This document shows, piece after piece, positions 7,316 to 17,280 of a stretch of 32,000 nt of DNA (position 1 is the stretch's first letter; each line of letters begins with the position of its first letter). Both the position numbers and the translations under genes were made by a program. Below the pieces are notes generated by a model. It did no database searches. It saw only the letters and a program-made list of their open reading frames with translations, and was not told the DNA's origin. This stretch comes from Mycobacterium sp. E3251 (GTDB lineage Bacteria > Actinomycetota > Actinomycetes > Mycobacteriales > Mycobacteriaceae): assembly GCF_001666835.1 (NCBI RefSeq), contig NZ_LZJF01000180.1, forward strand, positions 1-32,000, read 5' to 3'.

Positions 7316-9370
7316 ATGAGTGCCGCCGCACAGCTCACGCCGCAAGCCCCGATCCGGGTTCCTGCCGGCACTACCGCGGCCGCCGCGGTGCGGGAGGCGG
7401 GGCTGCCGGGCCGGGGTTCCCCGGACGCGATCGTGGTGGTGCGCGACGCCGACGGCAGGTTGCGCGACCTGAGCTGGGTGCCCGAGGCCGACGTCGAGGT
7501 CGTCCCGGTGGCGGCCAACACCGACGAGGGGCGCAGTGTCATCCGGCATTCGGCCGCGCACGTGCTGGCCCAGGCCGTCCAGGGCATGTTCCCCCACGCC
7601 AAGTTGGGCATCGGGCCGCCCATCACCGATGGCTTCTACTACGACTTCGACGTGGCGGAGCCGTTCACGCCCGAGGATCTGGCGGCGCTGGAAAAGCGGA
7701 TGCGCCAGATCGTCAAAGAGGGGCAGCTGTTCGAGCGGCGCGTCTATGAGTCCAAGGACCAGGCGCGCTCGGAGTTGGCCAACGAGCCGTACAAGCTGGA
7801 ACTCGTCGATGACAAGTCCGGCGACCCCGACATCATGGAGGTGGGTGGCGACGAGCTCACCGCCTACGACAACCTCAATCCCCGCAGCCGGGAAAGGGTT
7901 TGGGGCGACCTGTGCCGCGGGCCGCACATCCCGACCACCAAGCACATCCCGGCGTTCAAGCTGACCCGAAGTTCCGCCGCCTACTGGCGGGGCGACCAGA
8001 AAAACGCCAGCCTGCAACGCATTTACGGCACCGCGTGGGAATCCCAGGAGGCGCTGGACCGCCACCTCGAGCTGCTCGAGGAAGCGCAGCGCCGCGACCA
8101 CCGCAAGCTGGGCACCGAGCTGGACCTGTTCAGCTTCCCCGACGAAATCGGTTCCGGGCTGGCGGTTTTCCACCCCAAGGGCGGCGTCGTGCGCAGGGAG
8201 CTGGAGGAGTACTCGCGGCGCAAGCACATCGAGGCCGGGTACGAGTTCGTCAACACTCCGCACATCACCAAGGCGCAGCTGTACGTCACGTCGGGTCACC
8301 TGGAGTGGTACGCCGACGGAATGTACCCGCCGATGCATCTCGACGCCGAGTTCAACGAGGACGGCACGGTGCGCAAGCCGGGCCAGGACTACTACCTCAA
8401 GCCGATGAACTGCCCGATGCACCACCTGATCTACCGGTCGCGCGGACGGTCGTATCGCGAACTTCCGTTGCGGCTCTTCGAGTTCGGCAGCGTGTACCGC
8501 TACGAGAAGTCCGGCGTGGTGCACGGCCTGACCCGGGTGCGGGGCATGACGCAGGACGACGCGCACATCTACTGCACGCGCGAGCAGATGCGCGACGAGC
8601 TGGCGTCGGTGCTGCATTTCGTGCTCGACCTGCTGGCCGACTACGGGCTCGACGACTTCTACCTGGAGCTGTCCACCAAGGACCCGGAGAAGTACTCCGG
8701 TTCTGACGAGCTATGGGACGAGGCCACCGAGGTCCTGCGCGACGTCGGCGTGGCCTCCGGGCTGGAGCTGATCCCCGACCCCGGCGGCGCGGCGTTTTAC
8801 GGCCCGAAGATCTCGGTGCAGGTCAAGGACGCGCTGGGCCGGAGCTGGCAGATGTCGACCATCCAGCTCGACTTCAACATGCCGGAACGCTTCGAACTCG
8901 AATACACCGCCGCCGACGGCTCGCGTCAGCGGCCGGTGCTGATCCACCGCGCGTTGTTCGGGTCCATCGAGCGGTTCTTCGGCATCCTCACCGAGCACTA
9001 CGCCGGCGCGTTCCCGGCGTGGCTGGCGCCCGTGCAGGTGGTCGGCATCCCGGTCGCCGACGAACACGTGCCCTACCTGGAAAGCGTTGCCGCGCAGCTT
9101 AAATCGCAGGGTGTGCGGGTGGAGGTGGACGCCAGCGACGACCGGATGGCCAAGAAGATCGTCCACCACACCAACCAGCGCGTCCCGTTCATGCTGCTGG
9201 CCGGCGACCGCGACGTCGAGGCCGATGCCGTCAGTTTCCGCTTCGGTGACCGCACGCAGATCAACGGGGTGCCACGGGACAGCGCCGTCGACGCCATCGT
9301 GGCTTGGGTCGCCGATCGCCAAAATGCATCTCCCACAGCCGAACTCGTAAAGGTGACCGGCGGTGAGTAG
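7316..9370 (+). CDS. thrS: Threonyl-tRNA synthetase.
   Basis: Near-colinear match to remembered M. tuberculosis ThrS ([63 protein letters not shown]). I chose ATG 7316 (MSAAAQL). Confidence 0.97.
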   Translation: MSAAAQLTPQAPIRVPAGTTAAAAVREAGLPGRGSPDAIVVVRDADGRLRDLSWVPEADVEVVPVAANTDEGRSVIRHSAAHVLAQAVQGMFPHAKLGIGPPITDGFYYDFDVAEPFTPEDLAALEKRMRQIVKEGQLFERRVYESKDQARSELANEPYKLELVDDKSGDPDIMEVGGDELTAYDNLNPRSRERVWGDLCRGPHIPTTKHIPAFKLTRSSAAYWRGDQKNASLQRIYGTAWESQEALDRHLELLEEAQRRDHRKLGTELDLFSFPDEIGSGLAVFHPKGGVVRRELEEYSRRKHIEAGYEFVNTPHITKAQLYVTSGHLEWYADGMYPPMHLDAEFNEDGTVRKPGQDYYLKPMNCPMHHLIYRSRGRSYRELPLRLFEFGSVYRYEKSGVVHGLTRVRGMTQDDAHIYCTREQMRDELASVLHFVLDLLADYGLDDFYLELSTKDPEKYSGSDELWDEATEVLRDVGVASGLELIPDPGGAAFYGPKISVQVKDALGRSWQMSTIQLDFNMPERFELEYTAADGSRQRPVLIHRALFGSIERFFGILTEHYAGAFPAWLAPVQVVGIPVADEHVPYLESVAAQLKSQGVRVEVDASDDRMAKKIVHHTNQRVPFMLLAGDRDVEADAVSFRFGDRTQINGVPRDSAVDAIVAWVADRQNASPTAELVKVTGGE

Positions 9371-9373
9371 ACA

Positions 9374-9946
9374 ATGACCGAAGAGGAACGCGCCGACGAC
9401 ACCATCCTGGACACGGGCGTCGGCCAAAGTGACCATCTGCAGCGCCTGTGGACGCCCTACCGGATGAACTATCTGGCTGAGGCGCCGATGAAGCGCGACC
9501 CCAACTCCTCGGGCAAGACCGAGCAGCCGTTCACCGACATCCCGCGACTCTCCGACGAGGAAGGCCTGGTGGTCGCCCGCGGCGAGCTCGTCTACGCCGT
9601 CCTCAACCTGTACCCGTACAACCCCGGGCACCTGATGGTGGTGCCGTACCGGCGGGTGTCCGAGCTCGAGGACCTCACCGAGGACGAGAGCGCGGAGTTG
9701 ATGGCCTTCATCCAGAAGGCAATTCGCGTCATCAAGAACGTGTCGCGGCCGCACGGATTCAACGTCGGGCTCAACCTCGGGACGTCGGCGGGCGGGTCAC
9801 TGGCCGAACACCTGCACGTGCACGTCGTGCCGCGCTGGGGCGGCGACGCGAACTTCATCACCATCATCGGCGGGTCGAAGGTGATCCCGCAGTTGCTGCG
9901 CGAAACCCGGCGGCTGCTGGCCACCGAGTGGGCACAGCAGCCATGA
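9374..9946 (+). CDS. HIT-family nucleotide phosphorylase/hydrolase (Rv2613c-like Ap4A phosphorylase).
   Basis: Histidine triad HLHVHVVPRW. Lies 3 nt after the thrS stop. Confidence 0.88.
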   Translation: MTEEERADDTILDTGVGQSDHLQRLWTPYRMNYLAEAPMKRDPNSSGKTEQPFTDIPRLSDEEGLVVARGELVYAVLNLYPYNPGHLMVVPYRRVSELEDLTEDESAELMAFIQKAIRVIKNVSRPHGFNVGLNLGTSAGGSLAEHLHVHVVPRWGGDANFITIIGGSKVIPQLLRETRRLLATEWAQQP

Positions 9947-9999
9947 GCCGCGGCGGCGACGATGCAGAGCGGAGCGATGCTGAGGAGCGGCGCCAATGA
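9943..9999 (+). repeat. Single MIRU-like intergenic repetitive unit carrying an 18-codon coupling mini-ORF.
   Basis: The core GGCGACGATGCAGAGCGGAGCGATGCTGAGGAGCGGCGCC resembles the MIRU core as I remember it. The mini-ORF MSRGGDDAERSDAEERRQ begins with ATGA on the HIT stop and ends with ATGA on the pgsA1 start. Confidence 0.55.
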
Positions 10000-10628
10000 G
10001 TAAGGTGCCGTTCCTGTCGCGGGCGGCGTTCGCGCGGCTCACCACTCCGACCGCCCGGGCGTGCCTGCGGCTGGGTTTGACCCCCGACGCGGTCACCATC
10101 CTGGGCACCATCGTCGCCGTGGCGGGGGCGCTGATCCTTTTCCCGATGGGCAAGCTCTTCATCGGCACGCTGGTGGTGTGGTTCTTCGTGCTGTTCGACA
10201 TGCTCGACGGGGCGATGGCCCGGGAGCGCGGGGGCGGCACCCGTTTCGGCGCCGTGCTGGACGCCACGTGCGACCGGATCAGCGACGGCGCGGTGTTCTG
10301 CGGGCTGCTGTGGTGGATCGCGTTCGGCCTGCACGACAAGCTGCTGACGGTGGCGACGCTGATCTGCCTCGTCACGTCACAGGTCATCTCCTACATCAAG
10401 GCGCGCGCCGAAGCCAGCGGACTGCGCGGCGACGGCGGCATCATCGAACGCCCGGAAAGGTTGATCATCGTGCTGGTAGGTGCCGGCGTGTCCGACTTCC
10501 CCTTCGTCGCCTGGCCGCCCGCCCTGGCGGTGGCGATGTGGCTGCTGGCGGTGGCCAGCGTGGTCACCTGCGTGCAGCGGTTGCGCACCGTGTGGACCTC
10601 GCCCGGCGCGACGGAGCGCATGCCGTGA
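9996..10628 (+). CDS. pgsA1: Phosphatidylinositol phosphate synthase (CDP-alcohol phosphatidyltransferase).
   Basis: MSKVPFLSRAAFARLTTP... and the motif DMLDGAMARERGGGTRFGAVLDATCDRISD. Near-identical to remembered Rv2612c. Confidence 0.95.
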   Translation: MSKVPFLSRAAFARLTTPTARACLRLGLTPDAVTILGTIVAVAGALILFPMGKLFIGTLVVWFFVLFDMLDGAMARERGGGTRFGAVLDATCDRISDGAVFCGLLWWIAFGLHDKLLTVATLICLVTSQVISYIKARAEASGLRGDGGIIERPERLIIVLVGAGVSDFPFVAWPPALAVAMWLLAVASVVTCVQRLRTVWTSPGATERMP

Positions 10629-11566
10629 TCCCGGGCCTGAGTTTGATCGGCACCCCCCGGCGCCTGGCATCCGGCACCGCGAGCGACTGGGGGTATGCGG
10701 CCGGCTGGATGGCCGTGCGGGCGATGCCGGAATTCGCCGCGCGCACCGCGTTCGGGGCGGGGGCGCGCTACGCGGCCCGCGGCGGCGGCCCGGACCAATT
10801 GCGCAAGAACCTGGCCCGCGTCATCGGCGTGCCGCCCGCCGAGGTGCCCGATGCGCTGATGCGGGCCTCGCTGGCCTCCTACGCCCGCTACTGGCGTGAG
10901 GCGTTCCGCCTGCCGGGGATGGATCTTCGCGCGGTCGCCCGCCAACTCGACGAGACATTCAAGGGTGCGGACAACCTGGACGCGGCGCTGGCGAAGGGCC
11001 GCGGGGCGGTCTGCGCGTTGCCGCACAGCGGCAACTGGGACATGGCCGGGGTGTGGCTGGCGCAGACGCGGGGCACCTTCACCACCGTCGCCGAGCGGCT
11101 CAAGCCCGAATCGCTGTATCGGCGTTTCATCGACTACCGGGAAAGCCTCGGCTTCGAGGTGCTGCCGCTGTCCGGCGGCGACCGGCCGCCCTTCGAGGTG
11201 CTCTGTGACCGGCTGCGGGACAACCGGGTGGTCTGCCTGATGGCCGAACGTGACCTCACCCGCTCCGGCGTCGAGGTCGACTTCTTCGGCGAACCCACCC
11301 GGATGCCCGCCGGGCCGGCGAAGCTGGCGATCGAGACCGGGGCGGCGCTGCTGCCCTCGCACTGCTGGTTCGCCGACGACGGTTCGCGCGTCTGGATTCA
11401 GCCGCCGCTGGACTGCAGCAGCGGCGACGTGCAGGCCATCACCCAGGCGCTGGCCGACCGGTTCGCCGAGAACATCGCCGCCCACCCCGAGGACTGGCAC
11501 ATGCTGCAACCCCAGTGGCTGGCCGACCTGTCCGATGCCAAACAGGCGCGGCTCAGGGAGACCTGA
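10625..11566 (+). CDS. patA: Phosphatidylinositol mannoside acyltransferase (LPLAT family).
   Basis: GTG 10625 overlaps the pgsA1 stop (GTGA). Motifs DWGYAAGWMAVRAMPEF, LPHSGNWDMAG, FTTVAERLKPESLYRRFIDYRESLGFEVLPL and DWHMLQPQWLADL match remembered Rv2611c. Confidence 0.93.
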   Translation: MIPGLSLIGTPRRLASGTASDWGYAAGWMAVRAMPEFAARTAFGAGARYAARGGGPDQLRKNLARVIGVPPAEVPDALMRASLASYARYWREAFRLPGMDLRAVARQLDETFKGADNLDAALAKGRGAVCALPHSGNWDMAGVWLAQTRGTFTTVAERLKPESLYRRFIDYRESLGFEVLPLSGGDRPPFEVLCDRLRDNRVVCLMAERDLTRSGVEVDFFGEPTRMPAGPAKLAIETGAALLPSHCWFADDGSRVWIQPPLDCSSGDVQAITQALADRFAENIAAHPEDWHMLQPQWLADLSDAKQARLRET

Positions 11567-12690
11567 TGCGAATCGGGATGGTCTGCCCATACTCGTTCGA
11601 CGTGCCGGGCGGGGTGCAGTCGCACGTCCTGCAGCTGGCCGTGGTGATGCGCAGGCGCGGCCACGAGGTGAGCGTCCTGGCGCCGGCCTCGCCGCACGCG
11701 GTGTTGCCCGACTACGTGGTGTCCGCCGGCAAGGCCGTCCCCATTCCCTACAACGGCTCGGTGGCCCGGCTGCGCTTCGGCCCGGCCACTCACCGCAAGG
11801 TCAAAAAGTGGCTTGCCGAAGGCGATTTCGACGTCCTTCACCTGCACGAGCCGAACGCGCCGAGCCTGTCGATGCTGGCCCTGAACATCGCCGCGGGGCC
11901 GATCGTTGCGACGTTTCACACCTCAACCACGAAGTCGCTGACGCTGACGGTGTTTCAGGGCATCCTGCGCCCGATGCACGAGAAGATCGTCGGCCGTATC
12001 GCGGTATCCGACCTGGCCAGGCGCTGGCAGATGGAGGCGCTGGGCACCGACGCGGTGGAGATCCCCAACGGGGTGGACGTCGACTCGTTCGCCAAGGCGC
12101 CGCGACTCGAGGGCTACCCGCGGCCGGGCAAGACGGTGCTGTTCCTGGGCCGTTACGACGAGCCCCGCAAGGGCATGTCGGTGCTGCTCGACGCCCTGCC
12201 CGGGGTGGTCCAGCGCTTGCCGGACGTGCAGCTGCTGGTCGTCGGCCGCGGCGACGAGGACGAATTGCGCGGCCAGGCGGGCGAATTGGTGAAGCACATC
12301 CGCTTCTTGGGTCAGGTCGACGACGCCGGGAAGGCCTCGGCGATGCGCAGCGCCGACGTGTACTGCGCGCCGCACCTTGGCGGCGAGAGCTTCGGCATCG
12401 TCCTGGTCGAGGCGATGGCCGCCGGCACCGCGGTGGTGGCCAGCGACCTGGACGCCTTCCGGCGCGTGCTGTGTGACGGCGAGGTCGGCTGCCTGGTGCC
12501 GGTCGGCGACGGCGTAGCGCTCGCGGACGCCCTGGTTTCGGTGCTAGAAAACGATGTGCTGCGCGAACGCTATGTGGCGGCCGGTTCGGCCGCGGTCCAG
12601 CGCTACGACTGGTCGGTGGTGGCCAGCCAGATCATGCGGGTATACGAGACGGTCGCCGCGTCCGGCGCCAAGGTCGAGGTGGCGAGCTGA
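11566..12690 (+). CDS. pimA: GDP-mannose-dependent alpha-mannosyltransferase PimA (GT4).
   Basis: MRIGMVCPYSFDVPGGVQSHV and ESFGIVLVEAMAAGTAVVASD. One-nucleotide overlap with patA (TGATG). Confidence 0.95.
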   Translation: MRIGMVCPYSFDVPGGVQSHVLQLAVVMRRRGHEVSVLAPASPHAVLPDYVVSAGKAVPIPYNGSVARLRFGPATHRKVKKWLAEGDFDVLHLHEPNAPSLSMLALNIAAGPIVATFHTSTTKSLTLTVFQGILRPMHEKIVGRIAVSDLARRWQMEALGTDAVEIPNGVDVDSFAKAPRLEGYPRPGKTVLFLGRYDEPRKGMSVLLDALPGVVQRLPDVQLLVVGRGDEDELRGQAGELVKHIRFLGQVDDAGKASAMRSADVYCAPHLGGESFGIVLVEAMAAGTAVVASDLDAFRRVLCDGEVGCLVPVGDGVALADALVSVLENDVLRERYVAAGSAAVQRYDWSVVASQIMRVYETVAASGAKVEVAS

Positions 12691-13715
12691 TGTCGTGGCT
12701 GATCGTCCCCATCGCGATCCTCGTGGGGCTCCTCGCGATATTGGGCGCCTGGGCCTATCAGACGGCCAACCGGCTGGACCGGCTGCACGTCCGCTACGAC
12801 CTGTCGTGGCAGGCGCTCGACGGTGCGCTGGCGCGGCGCGCGGTGGTCGCGCGTGCGGTCGCCATCGACGCGTACGGCGGCGCCTCGGAGGGCAGGCGGC
12901 TGGCAGCGCTGGCCGACGCCGCCGAGGCCGCGCCGCGGCAGGCGCGCGAGTCGTGCGAGAACGAGCTCTCGGCCGCGCTGGCGATCGTCGATCCGGCGTC
13001 GCTGCCGGCCGGGCTGATCGCCGAGCTGGCCGACGCCGAGGCCCGGGTGGTGCTGGCCCGCCGCTTCCACAACGACGCCGTGCGAGACACCCTGGCACTG
13101 CGCGAGCGATTCCTGGTGCGGACGCTCCGCCTGGGCGGGACTGCCGCGCTGCCAAGCTATTTCGAGATCGTCGAGCGGCCGCACGCGCTGGCACACGGCG
13201 ACCACGGGGTGCTCAGCCACCGCACGTCGGCGCGCGTGGTGCTGCTCGACGAGACCGGCGCGGTGCTGCTGCTGCGCGGTTCGGATCCCGCGATCGCCCG
13301 GGAGCACGCGCCGAGCTGGTGGATAACGGTGGGCGGCGAGGTGCGCAAGGGGGAGCGGCTGGCCGAGGCCGCCGCCCGGGAGTTGGCCGAAGAGACCGGG
13401 TTACGAGTCGCGCCGGCAGAGATGGTCGGCCCGGTGTGGCGGCGTGACGAGGTGTTCGAGTTCAACGGCGCTTTGATCGACAGCGAAGAGTTCTACTTCG
13501 TCCACCGCACCCAGCGGTTCGAGCCATCCGTCGCGGACCGAACGGACCTGGAACGCAGCTACATCCACGGCCACCGCTGGTGTGATGCCGCCGAGATCGT
13601 CCGACTGGCCGCGGCCGGCGAGACGGTGTACCCGATGCAGCTGTCCGAACTGCTCACCGACGCGGCCGCGCTCGCCGGCGGCCGGGCGCCGGGACCGCTG
13701 CAATCGATCCGCTGA
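12690..13715 (+). CDS. Membrane-anchored LemA-like / Nudix hydrolase fusion (Rv2609c-like).
   Basis: ATG overlaps the pimA TGA. N-terminal TM is WLIVPIAILVGLLAILGAW. The Nudix box is GGEVRKGERLAEAAARELAEETGL. Confidence 0.88.
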   Translation: MSWLIVPIAILVGLLAILGAWAYQTANRLDRLHVRYDLSWQALDGALARRAVVARAVAIDAYGGASEGRRLAALADAAEAAPRQARESCENELSAALAIVDPASLPAGLIAELADAEARVVLARRFHNDAVRDTLALRERFLVRTLRLGGTAALPSYFEIVERPHALAHGDHGVLSHRTSARVVLLDETGAVLLLRGSDPAIAREHAPSWWITVGGEVRKGERLAEAAARELAEETGLRVAPAEMVGPVWRRDEVFEFNGALIDSEEFYFVHRTQRFEPSVADRTDLERSYIHGHRWCDAAEIVRLAAAGETVYPMQLSELLTDAAALAGGRAPGPLQSIR

Positions 13716-13720
13716 CCGCG

Positions 13721-15001
13721 CTATAGCCGGTCGAATGGGACGCCGAAGTCGGTCGGCGCGCTCAATGCGGCGGCGAGCGATTCCGGAATTGCTTGCGCCG
13801 CAACCGGAGTCAGGCCCGAGGCGGTGGCGAACGAGATGGATTGGAAGGGTCCGGGGAGCCCGGTGGCGTAACCGAAGTCGATGAACGGCTGAAGGAAGGG
13901 CTGGAGCAGGTCGGCGAGCGGATTCCCCAGGATGGGGATCATCCGCAGCGGGTCCAGCAGCGGCAGGTTCTGGGGAATCAGATAGTAGGTGGTCACGCCG
14001 ATGTGTGTCTGGATGGCGGTGGCAAGCTGCGCGGCGGTGAGCGTCGGATATGTCGAGTGCAGGTAGGGAAAACCCAAGAGGGCGTTGAGGTCCGCCCCGA
14101 TGTTGAAGATGCTCCGCGGGAAGTACGCGATGGGGTCGTATTGGAGCGTGTAGATGGCGGTCTGGTAGAGGGTGTCCACCGGAGTCACGACGTGAAACGC
14201 GCCAAAGCCGGGGATGAAGTGCGTGAGGATGCCGGTGCCGGGAACGTTCGGGTCGGAGAGCAGCACGAACGACAGCAGGTCCGAACTCGGCCGGATGGCC
14301 GCGGGCAGGGCGTCGAGATAGCGCATTTCGAGGGTGGCAATCGTGGCGCTCTGCGAATAGCCCAATACGACAACGTGATTGCCCGCACCGGTCTCGCTCA
14401 GAATGGCGCTGTTGAGTATCGAGACGCCCTGCCGGACCGACTGCCCGAAGGTTTCGCTGGTGAGCCCGGTGACGGGCCAGAAGTCCTCGGGAGTGGTCAG
14501 GCCCACCGGCGTATAGCCGGGGTAATGCGGGGCGATGTAGGTGCCGTAGACGGAACTCACGTAGGACGGGGTGGGTTGCGGGTTTCCGGTGCCGCCCATG
14601 ATCAGCGCGATGTTGCTCGACGACGTCGTCGTCGGCGTGCTTTGCAATTGGCTTGCCAGGCCCAAGCTTCCGCTCACCATCTGCTGCGAGGGCAGGGCCG
14701 GCGCTTGCGTGGCGGCCGCGTTGGAGGCCTCCGCCTGGGCATACGAATCGCTGCTGTCGATCAACGACTGCACGAACCGCTGATGAAACGCCTCCGCCCG
14801 CGCGCCGATCTCCTGATAGTGCTGGCCGAACGTCGCGAACAGCGCCGCGGTGCGGACGGACACCGCATCCGCGGCCGGGGGGAACACCATGGTCGTCGGG
14901 GTGGCAGCCGCCCCGTCCGCGGCCGCTATCGCCGAACCGATGCCCTGCAAATCTCCGGCGGCCGCTGCCAGCGTCTCCGGGGCCGTGACCACGAACGACA
15001 T
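13721..15001 (-). CDS. PE-family protein with a C-terminal PE-PPE (alpha/beta serine hydrolase-like) domain.
   Basis: Starts at MSFVVTAPETLAAAAGDLQGIGSAI. YxxxE motif SYAQAE. Thr/Ser linker. GYSQS nucleophile-elbow motif. Only the last 426 codons of ORF 13721..15700(-) are used. Confidence 0.9.
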   Translation of the reverse strand: MSFVVTAPETLAAAAGDLQGIGSAIAAADGAAATPTTMVFPPAADAVSVRTAALFATFGQHYQEIGARAEAFHQRFVQSLIDSSDSYAQAEASNAAATQAPALPSQQMVSGSLGLASQLQSTPTTTSSSNIALIMGGTGNPQPTPSYVSSVYGTYIAPHYPGYTPVGLTTPEDFWPVTGLTSETFGQSVRQGVSILNSAILSETGAGNHVVVLGYSQSATIATLEMRYLDALPAAIRPSSDLLSFVLLSDPNVPGTGILTHFIPGFGAFHVVTPVDTLYQTAIYTLQYDPIAYFPRSIFNIGADLNALLGFPYLHSTYPTLTAAQLATAIQTHIGVTTYYLIPQNLPLLDPLRMIPILGNPLADLLQPFLQPFIDFGYATGLPGPFQSISFATASGLTPVAAQAIPESLAAALSAPTDFGVPFDRL

Positions 15002-15015
15002 CGCATCGCCCCCGA

Positions 15016-16134
15016 CTAGCCGACCACCGGGCGCGCCAGCACACCGGAGCGCGGCGCCTCGGTCGCCGCATTCACCCCGGCCATCCCGCGCCCGGACGTG
15101 GTAACCGCCGGCTTGAACGGCACTCTCGGCACGCTCGGCGCCGCTTGACTCACGCCGGCGGTCGGCACGCCGGCAACCGGAGCAGTCGACGTGGCCGCCT
15201 GCACCTCGGTGGCCCAGCCCGGCGGAACCGACAGCGCCCCAATGGAACCCGCCCTGCCCGCCTGGGCCAACACCGCGGGAGCGCCCAGCTGTGGCGGGGC
15301 CTGCGCCCCAACGGCGGAACCGGCGGAGGCCAAGGCCGACCCCATGGACGGCATGCCGGCGACGGCGCTGCTCATCAACGGATTGGCGCCACCCATGAAC
15401 TGGCCCAGGACCTGACTGACGAGCATGCTCATGGGTTGCATGGCGAACTCGCCGCCCATCGAGAGCATCTCCAGCGGCGACAGCCCCGAAGTCGACGACG
15501 GGGAGAGCCCAAACGACTGAAACAGCGACGACATCAGCTGCGCGTCCGACATGGCCGATTGCGCCTGATCCGCCACCGATGCCGCGGCTTGAGGCGCGGG
15601 GCCGAGGCCGTCGGGCGGTTCGGCGAACGACGTCAACTGCGCCCCCACTGCCAGCGTGCTGGCATCGTAGGCGGTCATCGCGGTGGCGTCCTGGGCCCAC
15701 ATCTCGGAGTAGTGCGCCTCGGTGGCCATGATCGCCGGGGTGTTCTGGCCGAAGAAGTTCGTCGAGATCAACGCCATCAGCTGAGCGCGGTTAGCGGCGA
15801 TCACGGGCGGGGGCACCGTCATCGCGAACGCCGCCTCGTAGGCGGCGGCCGCCGCCGTCGCCTGGGTCGACACTTGCTCGGCCTGCAACGCGGTCGCCGC
15901 CAGCCAGGTGACGAACGGGCTGGCCGCGGCAGCCATCGCGACGGCCGACGGACCCAGCCACGGCCCGCTCGTCAGCGCCGAGATCACCGTCGCATACGAG
16001 GAGGCCGCCCACCCCAACTCGGCGGCCAACCCTGCCCAGGCGGCCGCGGCGGCCAGCATGGACCCCCCACCCGGACCGGCATACATCAATCCGGAGTTGA
16101 TCTCGGGCGGCAACAGCCCAAAATCCGGCACCAT
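15016..16134 (-). CDS. PPE-family protein (SVP subfamily).
   Basis: [22 protein letters not shown], a WxG motif (PWLGP), [10 protein letters not shown] and the C-terminal [15 protein letters not shown] Shine-Dalgarno upstream. Confidence 0.93.
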   Translation of the reverse strand: MVPDFGLLPPEINSGLMYAGPGGGSMLAAAAAWAGLAAELGWAASSYATVISALTSGPWLGPSAVAMAAAASPFVTWLAATALQAEQVSTQATAAAAAYEAAFAMTVPPPVIAANRAQLMALISTNFFGQNTPAIMATEAHYSEMWAQDATAMTAYDASTLAVGAQLTSFAEPPDGLGPAPQAAASVADQAQSAMSDAQLMSSLFQSFGLSPSSTSGLSPLEMLSMGGEFAMQPMSMLVSQVLGQFMGGANPLMSSAVAGMPSMGSALASAGSAVGAQAPPQLGAPAVLAQAGRAGSIGALSVPPGWATEVQAATSTAPVAGVPTAGVSQAAPSVPRVPFKPAVTTSGRGMAGVNAATEAPRSGVLARPVVG

Positions 16135-16360
16135 CCCGACCCCTCCTCAGCCAGGTTGGCGGCCGCCGTACCGCAACTAGGTGGCCACGCTTTTCGTCGC
16201 GCCCGTATCCACGGGTGTGAGCAAACTAACGATCAAGTGTGTGTAGCAAGGGGTCGATTTACGGGCCTAGGGCCAATCGGCCCTTTGTGGGTCCCACAGT
16301 GGGAAAACTCGTCTCCCGTCCCCACTAGACTGGGTCGACAACGGTTGAAGGAGATCAGCA

Positions 16361-17272
16361 GTGGATACCGCCGCGTCACCCAACGGCAGCGGACGAACCG
16401 GAACCGCGCGCGTCAAGCGCGGCATGGCCGAAATGCTCAAGGGCGGCGTCATCATGGACGTCGTCACCCCGGAGCAGGCCCGCATCGCGGAGGGCGCCGG
16501 CGCCGTCGCGGTGATGGCGCTGGAGCGGGTGCCCGCCGACATCCGCGCCCAGGGCGGCGTGTCGCGGATGAGCGACCCCGACATGATCGAGGGCATCATC
16601 GCCGCCGTGACGATCCCGGTGATGGCCAAGGCGCGCATCGGGCACTTCGTCGAGGCGCAGATCCTGCAGAGCCTCGGCGTCGACTACGTCGACGAGTCCG
16701 AGGTGCTGACCCCCGCGGACTACGCCCACCACATCGACAAGTGGAAGTTCACCGTGCCGTTCGTGTGCGGGGCGACCAATCTGGGCGAGGCGCTGCGCCG
16801 CATCAGCGAAGGCGCGGCGATGATCCGGTCCAAGGGCGAGGCCGGGACCGGAGACGTCTCCAACGCGACCACGCACATGCGGGCGATCGGTGGCGAGATC
16901 CGGCGGCTGACCTCGATGTCGGAAGACGAATTGTATGTAGCCGCAAAGGAATTGCGGGCGCCCTACGACCTCGTCGTCGAGGTGGCCCGGGCCGGCAAGC
17001 TGCCCGTCACCCTGTTCACCGCGGGCGGCATCGCCACCCCCGCCGACGCGGCGATGATGATGCAGCTCGGAGCCGAGGGCGTCTTCGTCGGGTCGGGGAT
17101 CTTCAAGTCGGGGGATCCCGCGCAGCGCGCCGCCGCCATCGTCAAGGCCACCACGTTCTACGACGACCCGGATGTGCTGGCCAAGGTGTCGCGCGGCCTC
17201 GGCGAGCCGATGGTGGGCATCAACGTCGAGCAACTCGCTCAGCCCCACCGGCTGGCCGAACGCGGCTGGTAA
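16361..17272 (+). CDS. pdxS: Pyridoxal 5'-phosphate synthase, lyase subunit PdxS.
   Basis: [34 protein letters not shown] and [11 protein letters not shown] start preceded by GAAGGAG. Confidence 0.96.
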   Translation: MDTAASPNGSGRTGTARVKRGMAEMLKGGVIMDVVTPEQARIAEGAGAVAVMALERVPADIRAQGGVSRMSDPDMIEGIIAAVTIPVMAKARIGHFVEAQILQSLGVDYVDESEVLTPADYAHHIDKWKFTVPFVCGATNLGEALRRISEGAAMIRSKGEAGTGDVSNATTHMRAIGGEIRRLTSMSEDELYVAAKELRAPYDLVVEVARAGKLPVTLFTAGGIATPADAAMMMQLGAEGVFVGSGIFKSGDPAQRAAAIVKATTFYDDPDVLAKVSRGLGEPMVGINVEQLAQPHRLAERGW

Positions 17273-17280
17273 AACAGTCC

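Noticed and set aside
15002-15700. N-terminal extension of ORF 13721..15700(-). The 5' extensions of ORFs 10061..11566 and 1614..2171 are the same kind of case.
   Set aside because: The canonical PE N-terminus MSFVV starts at 15001, and the extension overlaps the PPE gene out of frame. The other extensions overlap upstream genes, and coupled GTGA/ATGA starts give the expected protein N-termini.
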